From an uncultured delta proteobacterium (GTDB lineage Bacteria; Desulfobacterota; Binatia; Binatales; Binataceae), in the NCBI GenBank assembly GCA_963808235.1, contig CAWEEQ010000004.1, positions 2,368,001-2,432,000 of the forward strand: 64,000 nucleotides of DNA, read 5' to 3'. Each line of letters begins with the position of its first letter. The first letter of the stretch is position 1. Under the pieces are notes generated by a model. It had not been told where the DNA came from. It did no database searches and saw only the letters and a program-made list of their open reading frames with translations. The translations under genes and the position numbers were made by a program. Of the stretch, positions 49,130-59,172 are shown piece by piece.

Positions 49130-50180
49130 TCATTCTGCAATGCCGGCCACCACGCGGCGCGCGAGTTCCACGAACGCCTCGCTCACCGGATGCGTCGGCT
49201 GCGCGATTGTGATCGGCATCCCACCGTCGCCCGCTTTGCGCACCTCGGGATAGATCGGGATTCTCGCGAGCAGATGCGTTCCTTCGTCTTCAGCCATCCG
49301 CTCGCCGCCGCCGTAGCCGAATATTTCGTCGCGCTCGCCGCAATCGGGACAGACGAAATAGCTCATGTTCTCGACCACGCCGAGAATCGGGCAGTGCACC
49401 TGGCGGAACATCTTGATTGCGCGGGTTGCATCGAGCAGCGCGACGTCCTGAGGAGTGGTCACGATCACCGCACCGTCGAGCGATACCTGCTGCGCAAGCG
49501 TGAGCTGCGCGTCTCCGGTGCCGGGCGGCAAATCGACAACCAGGAAATCCTGCGAGCCCCACAGCGTGTCCTTGAGAAATTGCCGCACCGCACCCATCAC
49601 CATCGGTCCTCGCCAAATGACCGGCGCTTTCTCGCCAAGAAAAAATCCAATCGAGATCAGCTTCACGCCATATTTTTCGATCGGATAAAAATTCTGCCCG
49701 CCCGCCGACTTCGGCCGCTCGTCGCCGACGTTGAACATCATCGGAATCGACGGTCCATAGATGTCCGCATCGAGCAGCCCGACGCTGAGCCCCAGCCGCG
49801 CAAGCGCCACCGCGAGATTCGCCGCGACGGTGGATTTGCCGACCCCGCCCTTCCCGCTCGCGACTGCGATAATGTGCTTGGTTCCCTCGAGCCGGACCCG
49901 CCCGGTTTTCTCACCAAGCTCGGCTTCAATCCGATGCACCCGCAGCTCAACCTTCGGCACGCCGAGCTCATGAGTAAGCGCATGATGAATTTTCGTGGCG
50001 AGGTCGCGAATCACATCTTCGCGCTGAGTCACCTGGCGCAAACGTGATCGCGTAACCACCGTCGGGTTTCGCAGCCGCATCCTCGACGATTCCAAGCGTG
50101 ACAATATCCGAGGCGAAACCGGGATACTTGACGTGCCCCAATGCCTCAATAATCGCCTCGTTTGTTACCTGCTGCGCCAC
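49130..50180 (-). CDS. mrp: Mrp/ApbC Fe-S carrier ATPase; apparent +1 frameshift near 50041
   Basis: SGKGGVGKST, DADIYGPS, WRGPM, DLPPGTGD, ENMS, CPDC; N-terminal domain (VKYPGFASDIVTLG) in the adjacent frame. Confidence 0.9.
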
Positions 50181-50264
50181 TAATGCGATTATCGCAGATG
50201 CATTAGCAATTCGATAGCAAGTCGGTTGCGTTCTGATCCGCAATTCCTCGGTTATTCCGCCATC

Positions 50265-50303
50265 CGCTTACTGTTTGACGGTAAGCGCGTCGCGGTTTAT
50301 ACT
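50265..50303 (+). promoter_or_regulatory. higBA promoter and operator
   Basis: TTGACG (50275), 17 nt, TATACT (50298); inverted repeat CGCTTACTGT-TTG-ACGGTAAGCG over the -35. Confidence 0.75.
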
Positions 50304-50309
50304 CCTTCC

Positions 50310-50591
50310 GTGATCAAGAGCTTTCGCGACGCCCGCGCCAAAGCTCTTTTCCAACAGCAGAATGTACCGGCATTCCGGCATATCGAGCGGGCGGCGCGGC
50401 GGAAACTGGAAGCGTTGGACGCGGCGCGGCAACTGGGCGATCTCGCGGCAGCACGAGGCAACCATCTGGAAGCCTTCAAAGGCAACCGTTTGGGGCAACA
50501 CAGCATTCGAATCAACGACCAGTATCGAATTTGCTTCGTATGGCAAAAGGGAGACGCGTCGGAGGTAGAGATAGTCGATTATCATCGGTGA
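50310..50591 (+). CDS. higB: HigB/RelE-family toxin
   Basis: MIKSFRD...GNHLEAFKGNRLGQHSIRINDQYRICFVW...EIVDYH. Confidence 0.92.
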   Translation: MIKSFRDARAKALFQQQNVPAFRHIERAARRKLEALDAARQLGDLAAARGNHLEAFKGNRLGQHSIRINDQYRICFVWQKGDASEVEIVDYHR

Positions 50592-50613
50592 GACGACCGT
50601 AGGAGAAGGACTC

Positions 50614-50925
50614 ATGACGACACCAAAGAAACTATCCCCGATTTTACCGGGTGAGATCTTGTACGAGGACTACCTGGTGCCAGCCGGCATCAGCGTGAAC
50701 CGGCTCGCGATGGACATCCACGTGCCGATCTCACGCGTCTATGAGATCGTCAAGGGCGAGCGTGCGATCACTGCTGACACGGCGCTCCGACTCGCGCGCT
50801 ACCTCGGCACGACTGCTGAGTTCTGGATGAATTTGCAGGCGAAGTATGAACTTCGCAAAGCGACGGATGAGCGCGCCGCAAAAATAGCAGCCGAGGTACG
50901 TCCGCTCGCCGCATCCGCGCGCTGA
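50614..50925 (+). CDS. higA: HigA antitoxin (HTH-XRE)
   Basis: PGEILYEDYL, ITADTALRLARYLGTTAEFWMNLQ. Confidence 0.93.
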   Translation: MTTPKKLSPILPGEILYEDYLVPAGISVNRLAMDIHVPISRVYEIVKGERAITADTALRLARYLGTTAEFWMNLQAKYELRKATDERAAKIAAEVRPLAASAR

Positions 50926-50961
50926 CTCGCGACGAGTTTTCGATTGTCTGCGCCAGCCTGC

Positions 50962-51972
50962 CTAATGCACCAGCGGCGCGAGCCTCGACGCGATCACATC
51001 GATAGCTTCGCGTGCAATTTCGCGGACCACCTCGCCGGCGGGCGCGATCTCTTTCACCAGGCTCACCGATTGACCAGCGTAAAACGCAAGCCCGCCGATA
51101 TCTCCCTCGACCGATTCAGTCGGCGCCGCGACTGAGTAATTTACTATCGGCAGCTCGAGGTCGGCGCGCTTGATGCGCCCGGTCGTCTCGCCCTCATGCG
51201 GCCGATGCCCTGACTCTGGACGGCCTGCTCGCTCCCAGGCATCGACCAGCGGCGTGCGAATCACGCGATGTGCCGCGTCGGGCCATCCAATGTCGTAGAG
51301 CTTGGTATGCAGAGTGTCGCTCGCGTGCGCAGACAATAGAGCCTGCTTGTACGCGCGATGCGCGCCGGATTCATGCGTCGCCAGAAAGCGCGTGCCGAAA
51401 ACGGCGCCGTCGGCGCCCAGCGCGATCGCCGCCGCCAGTCCGCGCCCATCGCTGATACCACCCGCCGCCAGCATCGGCAGATCGCCAATGGCGTCGCGCA
51501 CTTCCGGAACCAGCGCGAACGTGGTTACGACGCCACGCACATGGCCGCCGGCCTCGAACCCCTGCGCGATTATCGCGTCGGCGCCGGCGCGTTTCGCCGC
51601 GAGCGCTTCGTCAGCCGATCCGCATTGCCAGATGACCTTCAACCCGAGCTGTTTGCAGGCGGGAATGTGCTCGGCAGGATCGCCCCAGAAAAGCGTCACC
51701 GCCGATATCGGCTGATTCGCGAGCGCCTCGATGGTACCCGGGCGAAGAAACGGGATCAGAAGATTCACGACGATTGGCTTGCTCGTAATCTTCCTCGCCG
51801 CGCCAATCTGTTCGTGGATTCCATTCGCCGAGAATCCGGCCAGCGCGATCGTGCCGAGCCCGCCTGCCTCCGAGACGGCGCCGGCAAGTTCCGCGAGCGC
51901 GACGCCGCCCATCCCGGCGCACACGATTGGATACTCGATTCCAAACAGCTCTGAGAAGCGTGTCTTTAGCAT
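50962..51972 (-). CDS. Nitronate monooxygenase / FabK-like flavoprotein
   Basis: PIVCAGMGG, AGGLG, QGFEAGGH, AAGGISDGRG, GTRF. Confidence 0.88.
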   Translation of the reverse strand: MLKTRFSELFGIEYPIVCAGMGGVALAELAGAVSEAGGLGTIALAGFSANGIHEQIGAARKITSKPIVVNLLIPFLRPGTIEALANQPISAVTLFWGDPAEHIPACKQLGLKVIWQCGSADEALAAKRAGADAIIAQGFEAGGHVRGVVTTFALVPEVRDAIGDLPMLAAGGISDGRGLAAAIALGADGAVFGTRFLATHESGAHRAYKQALLSAHASDTLHTKLYDIGWPDAAHRVIRTPLVDAWERAGRPESGHRPHEGETTGRIKRADLELPIVNYSVAAPTESVEGDIGGLAFYAGQSVSLVKEIAPAGEVVREIAREAIDVIASRLAPLVH

Positions 51973-51990
51973 CGCACTATCCCGCGACTG

Positions 51991-52785
51991 TCAGGGCTTG
52001 GTCGCCTTGATCGAAAAAATCGTCGGAATCGGATCGCCCTCGATATGCCACTGGCCGTCACTACCCCTCTTCATGAACGGGAAATGCGGATAGATGCATT
52101 CGGCGAACTCATGCAGGTACTCGATTCGTAATCCGGTCGCCGCGAGCGCGCTGACCACGTCACCTGTCCGATACATCCATTCGTGAGTCCCGGAGACCGT
52201 TTTGCTCGGGTCGGAATAATCGGGGCCGGGCGGATATTCGCGCATCGCGGCGTGAAAGTACGAAATCTCGAACTCGAGTTTGGTCGTGCCCGGGCGATTG
52301 TTCGCCATCTGCGTCAGCGGATGAAATTCCGCGATATAGAAGAAGCCGCCCGGCTTCACGAAATTCGCCGCGATCTCCGCCCATCGCTTGATATCCGGAA
52401 GCCAGCACAATGCCCCGTACGACGTGAACACGATGTCGAATTGCTCGTGCAGCGCGCTCGGGGCGTCGAAAATGTTGGACTGGATAAATCTCGCGGGAAT
52501 TTTGAGCTCGGCGCTGATCGACCGCGCGAGCGCGATCGCCTGATCGGAAAAATCAATCCCGGTGACGCTCGCACCGAGCCGCGCCCATGACATCGTGTCG
52601 AGTCCAAAATGGCATTGCATATGAAGCATCGATTTGCCGCGGACCTCGCCAACCTCGCGCAGTTCGATCGGCTTCAGCACGTTCTCGCCGGCTTTGAACT
52701 CCGCGAGACGATACTCACGCGAGGCCTCGTGAATCCGCGCCATCATGTTCCACGCGTCGAGATTTGGCTTCAGCCGTTCGTCCAT
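51991..52785 (-). CDS. Class I SAM-dependent methyltransferase
   Basis: LHMQCHFGLDT, GIDFS, FDIVFTSYGALCWLPD, KPGG. Confidence 0.88.
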   Translation of the reverse strand: MDERLKPNLDAWNMMARIHEASREYRLAEFKAGENVLKPIELREVGEVRGKSMLHMQCHFGLDTMSWARLGASVTGIDFSDQAIALARSISAELKIPARFIQSNIFDAPSALHEQFDIVFTSYGALCWLPDIKRWAEIAANFVKPGGFFYIAEFHPLTQMANNRPGTTKLEFEISYFHAAMREYPPGPDYSDPSKTVSGTHEWMYRTGDVVSALAATGLRIEYLHEFAECIYPHFPFMKRGSDGQWHIEGDPIPTIFSIKATKP

Positions 52786-52815
52786 CGTCGTGAATTTATG
52801 GGCGCTCTTTATGCG

Positions 52816-53235
52816 TTACGGCCGCTCCTGCGCGTAGTCCCACGAGATCGTCCGCGCCGGCTTGAAGCTCACCAGCACCACCTTGTTTCCGCTGAGCGAC
52901 TTGGCGTACGCCTTGCCGAGTTTCTTGCCCAGGTACGCCACTGCCATCCGCTGGGTGCGCTTGTCGTCGATCTTTTCCTCGAACGTCGCGCGGCCTTTCA
53001 GCACCACGGTCTTGTACGGCGCCTTCTTGGTATCGATCACCAGCGTGAGCCGCGGATCGCGCACCAGGCACTTGTATTTGAACGCCTCGGCGCCGGTGTG
53101 AAATCGGATCGTCCCATTGTCGTATTCAAACCAGGTCGGCACCGCATGCGGCGAACCGTCCGGCGCAGTCACGGCGACCACCGCGACGATCGGCTTCTTG
53201 AGCATTTTCTCGATGTCTTTTTTCTTCATCGGCAT
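52816..53235 (-). CDS. PPOX-class (pyridoxamine 5'-phosphate oxidase-like, possibly F420-dependent) protein
   Basis: DGSPHAVPTWF, K...RDPRLTL, SWDY. Confidence 0.8.
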   Translation of the reverse strand: MPMKKKDIEKMLKKPIVAVVAVTAPDGSPHAVPTWFEYDNGTIRFHTGAEAFKYKCLVRDPRLTLVIDTKKAPYKTVVLKGRATFEEKIDDKRTQRMAVAYLGKKLGKAYAKSLSGNKVVLVSFKPARTISWDYAQERP

Positions 53236-53283
53236 GGGGCGATGTCTCCAGGCAAGGCGCGATCCAGAACTAGTGAAAAAAAG

Positions 53284-54084
53284 TTACTTTCCCGCGAAGT
53301 TGGGTTTGCTCTTTTCGCGAAACGCGCGCATCCCTTCGCGCACATCCGCCGACGGATTGGTGATCATCACATTGAGCGCGGCGTCTTCGAGCGCATTCTC
53401 GAGCGTCATCTCGCGCTGCTTGTACATCATGCGCTTGGCGAGCCTTATCGCCAGCGGCGGCCCGTCGGCGAGTCGGCGCGCAAATTCGTGCACCCGCGCC
53501 TCGAGCTCGGCGTGCGGCACCACTTCCGTCACCAGTCCCAGTTCGAGCGCGGTCTTCGCATCGTAGACTTCCGATAGCAGCGTCATCTTGAGCGCGCGAT
53601 CAAGACCCATGAATCGCGGAAACAGGTACGCGCCGCCCTCATCGCACAGCAGCGCAAACTTGAGCGCGGTATCTCCGAGCCGCGCCTGGTCCGACGCGAT
53701 TCTGAAATCGCACGAGAGCGCCAGCGTAAGCCCGCCCGCGACCGCCGCGCCGTTGATCGCCGCGATCACCGGTTTGTCGAATCGATGCAGCGAGAGCACC
53801 AGTTGATGGAACCCCTCACGCATTTCGAGCATGTGTCCCATCGGATGCCCATGGAAGCGCGAGCGGCTCTCCGGCGCCCCGCTGATATCGCCGCCGGCGC
53901 AAAACGCGCGCCCGCTGCCGGTGATTATCAGCACGCGCACGTCGTCATCCTGCCGAGCAAGATCGATCGCCGCGCACATCTCCTTGACCATCGTCTCGTT
54001 GTACCCATTCATCCGCTCAGCGCGGTTGATGGTAATTTTCGCGATCTTGTCGCGCGAGCCATAAATGATCGTCTTGAAGTCCAT
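53284..54084 (-). CDS. Enoyl-CoA hydratase/isomerase
   Basis: RAFCAGGD, KPVIAAINGAAVAGG, CDFRIA, EGMRAFREK. Confidence 0.9.
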   Translation of the reverse strand: MDFKTIIYGSRDKIAKITINRAERMNGYNETMVKEMCAAIDLARQDDDVRVLIITGSGRAFCAGGDISGAPESRSRFHGHPMGHMLEMREGFHQLVLSLHRFDKPVIAAINGAAVAGGLTLALSCDFRIASDQARLGDTALKFALLCDEGGAYLFPRFMGLDRALKMTLLSEVYDAKTALELGLVTEVVPHAELEARVHEFARRLADGPPLAIRLAKRMMYKQREMTLENALEDAALNVMITNPSADVREGMRAFREKSKPNFAGK

Positions 54085-54114
54085 AGCTCTGCTCCTATCT
54101 TGTCTGAATATCCT

Positions 54115-54174
54115 GACCTCTCCTTGTCCGAGGAGAGGTCGCGTGAGCGAGGAACGAAGCGAACGCGGGAGAGG
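54115..54174. repeat. REP-like intergenic palindrome (CCTCTCC...GGAGAGG family), copy 1
   Basis: GACCTCTCCT-TGTCCG-AGGAGAGGTC stem followed by ...GCGGGAGAGG. Confidence 0.55.
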
Positions 54175-54228
54175 TTCAACGCCGGACCGCGCGAAACTTC
54201 CGGCGTTTCACCGAACGCGAAAATCCTG

Positions 54229-55038
54229 CTACCTGCCTTTGAAAGTCGGCGGACGCTTCTCCAAAAATGCCTTCACCGCCTCGCGATGGTCCTCGGTGCG
54301 GCCCGTCATCGTTTGCCCCCACGCCTCGCGGTCGAGCAGCTCGTTGAACTCATGCGTCAACGCGGCATTGAGGTTCGCCTTCATGTAGGTGTACGCAATC
54401 GTCGGTCCGTTCGCGATTCGAGACGCGAGCGCATGCACCTCGTCGCGGAACGACGCCGCCGGCACGACCCGGTTGGCTAGTCCGATCCTGAGCGCCTCTT
54501 CGGCCGGGATCACGTCGGCCAGAAAGTACAGTTCGCGCGCCTTCGCCGATCCAACCAACTGCGTGAGCGACCAGGTACCGCCGTAATCGCCCGAGAAGCC
54601 GACCTTCGCGAACGCGGTGCCAAATCGCGCCGCGTCCGACGCGATCCTGAGATCGCACGCCATCGCGAGGCTGAGTCCCGCGCCCGCCGCCGGCCCGTTG
54701 ACCGCCGCGATCGTCACCTTCGACATCTGATGCAGCAGCGCCGACGCCTCTTCACCGCGGCGAAGTCCCGCAACTCGATCCTCGATCGTCGTCGCCGTTC
54801 CCTCGCTGGCGCCGGCGCCCTCGTTGCGATCGCGCATCCCGCCGATATCTCCGCCCGAGCAGAATCCGCGCCCGGCTCCAGTCAGTACCACGGCGCCGAT
54901 TTCGGAATTGGTCGCCGCGCGAGCCAGGTTATCGACCAGCCCACCCATCATTTCGGCGCTCATGGCGTTGAGTTTGTCGGGCCGGTTCAGCGTGAGATAC
55001 AGCACGCGGTCCTTTATTTCGGTGAGCAGGTCTCCCAT
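54229..55038 (-). CDS. Enoyl-CoA hydratase/isomerase
   Basis: LNRPDKLNA, FCSGGD, AVNGPAAGAG, CDLRIA, AFLEKRPP. Confidence 0.9.
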   Translation of the reverse strand: MGDLLTEIKDRVLYLTLNRPDKLNAMSAEMMGGLVDNLARAATNSEIGAVVLTGAGRGFCSGGDIGGMRDRNEGAGASEGTATTIEDRVAGLRRGEEASALLHQMSKVTIAAVNGPAAGAGLSLAMACDLRIASDAARFGTAFAKVGFSGDYGGTWSLTQLVGSAKARELYFLADVIPAEEALRIGLANRVVPAASFRDEVHALASRIANGPTIAYTYMKANLNAALTHEFNELLDREAWGQTMTGRTEDHREAVKAFLEKRPPTFKGR

Positions 55039-55078
55039 ATTTTTGCCTCCAGAATTCGGTTCGTCTTCAGGTACTACT

Positions 55079-55954
55079 TCAGGTAACCGATTCTGTCGAG
55101 GCTAACCTGTTAAGCGCGTCGGCTACCGATTGAGTGCCGTCGAGATCATGACCCAGTGCGGCCGCCGAGTTGAACATCGAGACCATCAGCGCGAGTCCCG
55201 GCAGCGCGAGCCTGGCGTCGCGCGCAGCCTCCGTCACCAGGCGCAGATCCTTGCGAATCAGCTTGACGAAAAACCCGGGCCGATTGTCGCCCGCGACTAT
55301 TTTCGGACCGAGATTCGCAAGCTGCCACGAGGCCGCCGCGCCCGCTCCCAGAGCCTCCACGACCCGCGCCGGATCGAGACCGCCGGCCTGCGCGAGCTTG
55401 ATAGCCTCGGCCGCCGCTTCGAGCGTCAGCGCAACCGCGATCTGATTGGCGAGCTTGGTCATCTGCCCCGCGCCCGACTGACCCATATGGGTCGTGCGAC
55501 GCCCAAGATGCTCGAACAGCGGCCGCGCGCGCTCAAATGCCTTCGCGTCACCGCCGACCATTATCGTGAGCGTGCCCTCGCGAGCGCCGACGTCGCCGCC
55601 CGAGACCGGCGCATCCAGGTAGTCGACGCCGCGAAGCCGCAGACGCGCCGCGATCGCGCGCTCAGCCGCCGGCGAAACCGTGCTCATATCGACGACCAGC
55701 TGACCGCGCTTCAGCGCGGACTCGATCTTCGCGATCGTCGCCTCCACGTCAGGCGTGTCGGGCACCATGACAAAAACAAGTTCGGCCCCCGCAACGCATG
55801 CGGCAGCGTCCGCCGCGACGATCGCTCCGTCAGCGGCAAGAGCGCGCGCCTTCTCCGCCGAGCGATTGAAGACGCGCACGCGATGCCCCGCGCCGAGTAA
55901 CCGTCGCGCCATCGGCGCGCCCATGATTCCGGTTCCAATCCACGCGATTTCCAT
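55079..55954 (-). CDS. Beta-hydroxyacid dehydrogenase (HIBADH/tartronate semialdehyde reductase family)
   Basis: IGTGIMG, DMST, DAPVSGG, KLANQ. Confidence 0.9.
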   Translation of the reverse strand: MEIAWIGTGIMGAPMARRLLGAGHRVRVFNRSAEKARALAADGAIVAADAAACVAGAELVFVMVPDTPDVEATIAKIESALKRGQLVVDMSTVSPAAERAIAARLRLRGVDYLDAPVSGGDVGAREGTLTIMVGGDAKAFERARPLFEHLGRRTTHMGQSGAGQMTKLANQIAVALTLEAAAEAIKLAQAGGLDPARVVEALGAGAAASWQLANLGPKIVAGDNRPGFFVKLIRKDLRLVTEAARDARLALPGLALMVSMFNSAAALGHDLDGTQSVADALNRLASTESVT

Positions 55955-55977
55955 GCGAACTTCTCCAGCGGAATTAG

Positions 55978-56045
55978 CCTCTCCCTGACTGTTAAAAGGT
56001 TAAAAAGGGAGATGCCGAAGATCGTCTTCGAGCGGCGGGTGAGGG
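55978..56045. repeat. REP-like intergenic palindrome (CCTCTCCC...GGGAGA family), copy 2
   Basis: CCTCTCCCT...AGGGAGA stem, internal CGAAGA/TCTTCG hairpin, ends GCGGGTGAGGG; same layout as 54115. Confidence 0.5.
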
Positions 56046-56154
56046 TCCGGACGCAAAAATTTTGGATAGCTTAGGTCCGCTAACAGTCACTCGCTAGTGA
56101 GTACACCCGACCGGCCGGCAAGTTCCAAATCGGCCCGGCGTCAGCCGAGTCCTC

Positions 56155-56472
56155 TCAACGGATCCCGCCGCCAATTCCGCCCAGTCCGCCGCCCATTCCG
56201 CCCATTCCACCGATCCCGCCAACGTGGACGCCGCCCGGAGGCAGTCCGCCGGAACCGGGGCTCAAGCCGCCGCCAGGCATCACGTGTATCGTGCTATCCG
56301 GCGGATAAGGTGCCGGAGATTCATCGGCGGCAAGTTGCTGGCAAGCAGCCTGGCTCCCGGTGTTGCAGCTCTCTTGAAGCGCAACCCTTTGATCATGCGC
56401 AGCGCAACCGCTGGTGAGCAGTAGCCCCAATGCAAGTGCAAAGGTCGTCAGTTTGAACATAGGTTTTCCCAT
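56155..56472 (-). CDS. Small lipoprotein with a Gly-rich tail
   Basis: Lipobox LTSG-C; C-terminal GGIGGMGGMGGGLGGIGGG. Confidence 0.65.
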   Translation of the reverse strand: MGKPMFKLTTFALALGLLLTSGCAAHDQRVALQESCNTGSQAACQQLAADESPAPYPPDSTIHVMPGGGLSPGSGGLPPGGVHVGGIGGMGGMGGGLGGIGGGIR

Positions 56473-56668
56473 AGTCCTTTACTTACTATCGTAGCTTGGA
56501 AACTCTACCCTGAAACTGAGCTCCGGCCGGGTAGTCTCTTTGGCCCAAGATTAGCGCGCCGTCCGAATACTGTCACCAGTGAAAAATGATACTTGTTACG
56601 AAACGAAATGAGGACTAAAGCTCGCTCCCAAACCATCGCCGAAAGCGAGCTATCATAAAGGCACAATC

Positions 56669-57769
56669 ATGACCCTCGATCGCGCCAGCAAAGTAATCGA
56701 AGCAGGCATCGAGCGCGGGCTGCATATCGGCGCGCAGCTCTATGTCTCGCATGATGGCAATTGCGTCGGCGATCTCGCATTCGGCCTCGCGCGCGAGGGC
56801 GTTGCGATGACTCCCGACACGATCATGCTGTGGATGTCATCGACCAAGCCGATCACCGCGATCGCAATCGGGCAGATCTGGGAGCGCGGGAAAATTGCGC
56901 TCGACGACCCCGTGGCGAAATACATTCCGGAATTCGGCGCAAAGGGAAAAGAAGCAATCACGATTCGCCACGTCCTGACTCATACCGGCGGCTTCCGCGC
57001 TGCGGTCGGTCCGTGGACCAATGATCCGTGGGACCAGATCATCGCGCAGATTTGCGCCGCCGAGATCGAAGCGGGATGGATCGTCGGCCAAACCTCCGGC
57101 TACCACATCGCGTCAGGATGGTACGTGCTGGGCGAGATAGTCCGCCGCGTATGCGCAGACGGCCGCCCCTATAGCGAGTACGTCCGCGAGCAAATCTGCG
57201 AGCCGCTTGGGATGCGCGATACGTGGATCGGGATGCCCGCGGCGCGATGGCGCGCGTATGGCGATCGAATCGCGCCGATGCATTTCGGCGCTACCTTCAA
57301 GCGCCCCCAACCGCATAACTACCCACCGTGGTCCAACACCGCAGAAGCAGTTGCGATCGAGCGGCCGGGCGGCAACGGCCGCGGCCCGATTCACGACCTG
57401 GGACGATTTTACGAAGCGATGCTCGCGGGAGGCGAAGGTGTCGTCACGCCGCAAACTATCGAAGCGATCGCCTCGCGGCACACCATCGGCCTTCTCGACA
57501 AGACTTTCCAGTTCCAGCTCGATCGTGGACTCGGCGTCGTGCTCGATTCGAAACAGTACGGCCCGCTTTCCGGATGGTACGGCACGCGATGCTCTCCGCG
57601 CACGTGGGGGCACGCCGGCTACAACTGCTCGGTGGGATTCCTCGATCCGGAAAATCGTATCGTCGTCGCACTGGTGTTCAACGGGATGCCCGAAGCCGAG
57701 CCCGCCTTGCACGTGGAGCGCGCTGGCGCGACTGTCGACGCGGTCTACGAGGAACTTGGAATTGGCTAA
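56669..57769 (+). CDS. Serine hydrolase, beta-lactamase (class C/esterase) family
   Basis: SSTK (SxxK), LDDPV, VLTHTGG, YH, WGHAG. Confidence 0.88.
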   Translation: MTLDRASKVIEAGIERGLHIGAQLYVSHDGNCVGDLAFGLAREGVAMTPDTIMLWMSSTKPITAIAIGQIWERGKIALDDPVAKYIPEFGAKGKEAITIRHVLTHTGGFRAAVGPWTNDPWDQIIAQICAAEIEAGWIVGQTSGYHIASGWYVLGEIVRRVCADGRPYSEYVREQICEPLGMRDTWIGMPAARWRAYGDRIAPMHFGATFKRPQPHNYPPWSNTAEAVAIERPGGNGRGPIHDLGRFYEAMLAGGEGVVTPQTIEAIASRHTIGLLDKTFQFQLDRGLGVVLDSKQYGPLSGWYGTRCSPRTWGHAGYNCSVGFLDPENRIVVALVFNGMPEAEPALHVERAGATVDAVYEELGIG

Positions 57770-58698
57770 CGCTGGCCGGTCCATTCGGGACGCGCGACCT
57801 GACGCCATCGCGCCCGAATCGCTTGATACTCCGCTACCGGCAGCGGTCCCGCATTCGCGTATCCGATATTCTGCGCGATACGCTCGACTCGGGTCGTGCC
57901 GACGATCGCAGTGCTGACGCCGGCGGTGCCGAGCGTGAATCGAAGCGCGGTCGCGACCGCCGCCTCAACGTCTCCCTTGAGAAAGTCGTAGTCGAGCTCA
58001 CGAAGCCGATCCCAATATGGCTGCGAGTACCAATCGGCGGGCGGCTTGGTGCCGCTGCGCCATGCGGCATTGGCAATCGGACGCTTGACGATCACGCCAA
58101 TCCCGCGCGCCGATGCTTTCGGCGTCACGCGATCGACGGCCTCCTGATCCGCGATACTGAGCGAAATCTGCAGCGTGTCGAAAATCCCCATCTCGACTGC
58201 GTACAGCGCGTCGTCGGAGTCGCCGCTGTATCCGATGTACCTGGTTTTGCCGGCGTCGCGCGCGCGAGCGAGCACGTCGATCACGCGGTCATCGCGGAGA
58301 GTCTCGGCTGAGCAACTATGAAATTGCATCACGTCGACATAGTCGGTCTTGAGATTTTTGAGACTGCGGTCGATGCTCGCGGAGAGCATCGCGGGCTCCC
58401 AATCCGCCTGCGCATAGCCCGAAGCGCGGTCCGACCCGGACTTGAGCGGCGCATGCCCGCATTTGGTCATCAGGATCACGTCGGCGCGCCGGCGCGCGAG
58501 AGCCTTTCCGAGTAGCTGCTCTCCGTTGGCGTAGCATTCGGCGGTGTCGACGACGTTGATGCCCGAGTCGAGCGCGGTGCCGACGATCTTGTCGACGGTC
58601 TTCTGCGCGACTTCCTGGTAGCCGATTTCCGAACCGCCCAGTCCGAGCGCGCTGACCCGAATTCCGGTCTTGCCGAGGGTGCGATATTCGATTGCCAT
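57766..58698 (-). CDS. Aldo/keto reductase
   Basis: LGKTGIRVSALGLG, DTAECY, TKCG, SLKNLKTDYVD, GKTRYIG. Confidence 0.92.
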   Translation of the reverse strand: MAIEYRTLGKTGIRVSALGLGGSEIGYQEVAQKTVDKIVGTALDSGINVVDTAECYANGEQLLGKALARRRADVILMTKCGHAPLKSGSDRASGYAQADWEPAMLSASIDRSLKNLKTDYVDVMQFHSCSAETLRDDRVIDVLARARDAGKTRYIGYSGDSDDALYAVEMGIFDTLQISLSIADQEAVDRVTPKASARGIGVIVKRPIANAAWRSGTKPPADWYSQPYWDRLRELDYDFLKGDVEAAVATALRFTLGTAGVSTAIVGTTRVERIAQNIGYANAGPLPVAEYQAIRARWRQVARPEWTGQR

Positions 58699-58982
58699 GA
58701 CGAGTTGGCAGATTATTGGGAAGTGTGAAGCGAAGCAAAAGCAAAGGTCGGGTGTTGATTCGTGTGCTTGCCGACACTTGCCATCCGGATCAGGCTCGAT
58801 CAACTTTTGCGCACTGCGGCAGGTGGCGGGAGCGATATCGGGACGATCCATTTCACCTTGCCAAAATGACGTGTCGCGACCTGGCTCGGTTGGATTGGGC
58901 GGTTGGATGTTTCATTCAGATGCACGGATACAGTTTGCCGCGGATTTATGTTCTCCGTAAGGATGAACTGTTCAGCCTTGAC

Positions 58983-59013
58983 GCAGGGGCCAGCCCCTGC
59001 ACCTGAGTGAGGA
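58983..59013. repeat. 31-bp hairpin-containing direct repeat, copy 1
   Basis: GCAGGGGCCAGCCCCTGCACCTGAGTGAGGA, identical to 59823-59853; stem GCAGGGGC/GCCCCTGC. Confidence 0.85.
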
Positions 59014-59172
59014 GCCGGCTCCGTTGTCGCCGGGAGGCGAGATCGTACGCGAAACACTTTTCACTTGTCGCGTGCGGGTGAGGAGGCGATGCTGCTGCGA
59101 GCGCCGGCTGCTTCCGCAGATGGAACCCTGGTAGGGGGGCTTTCGGTTATAGATCGGGGAGGAATACTCGAT

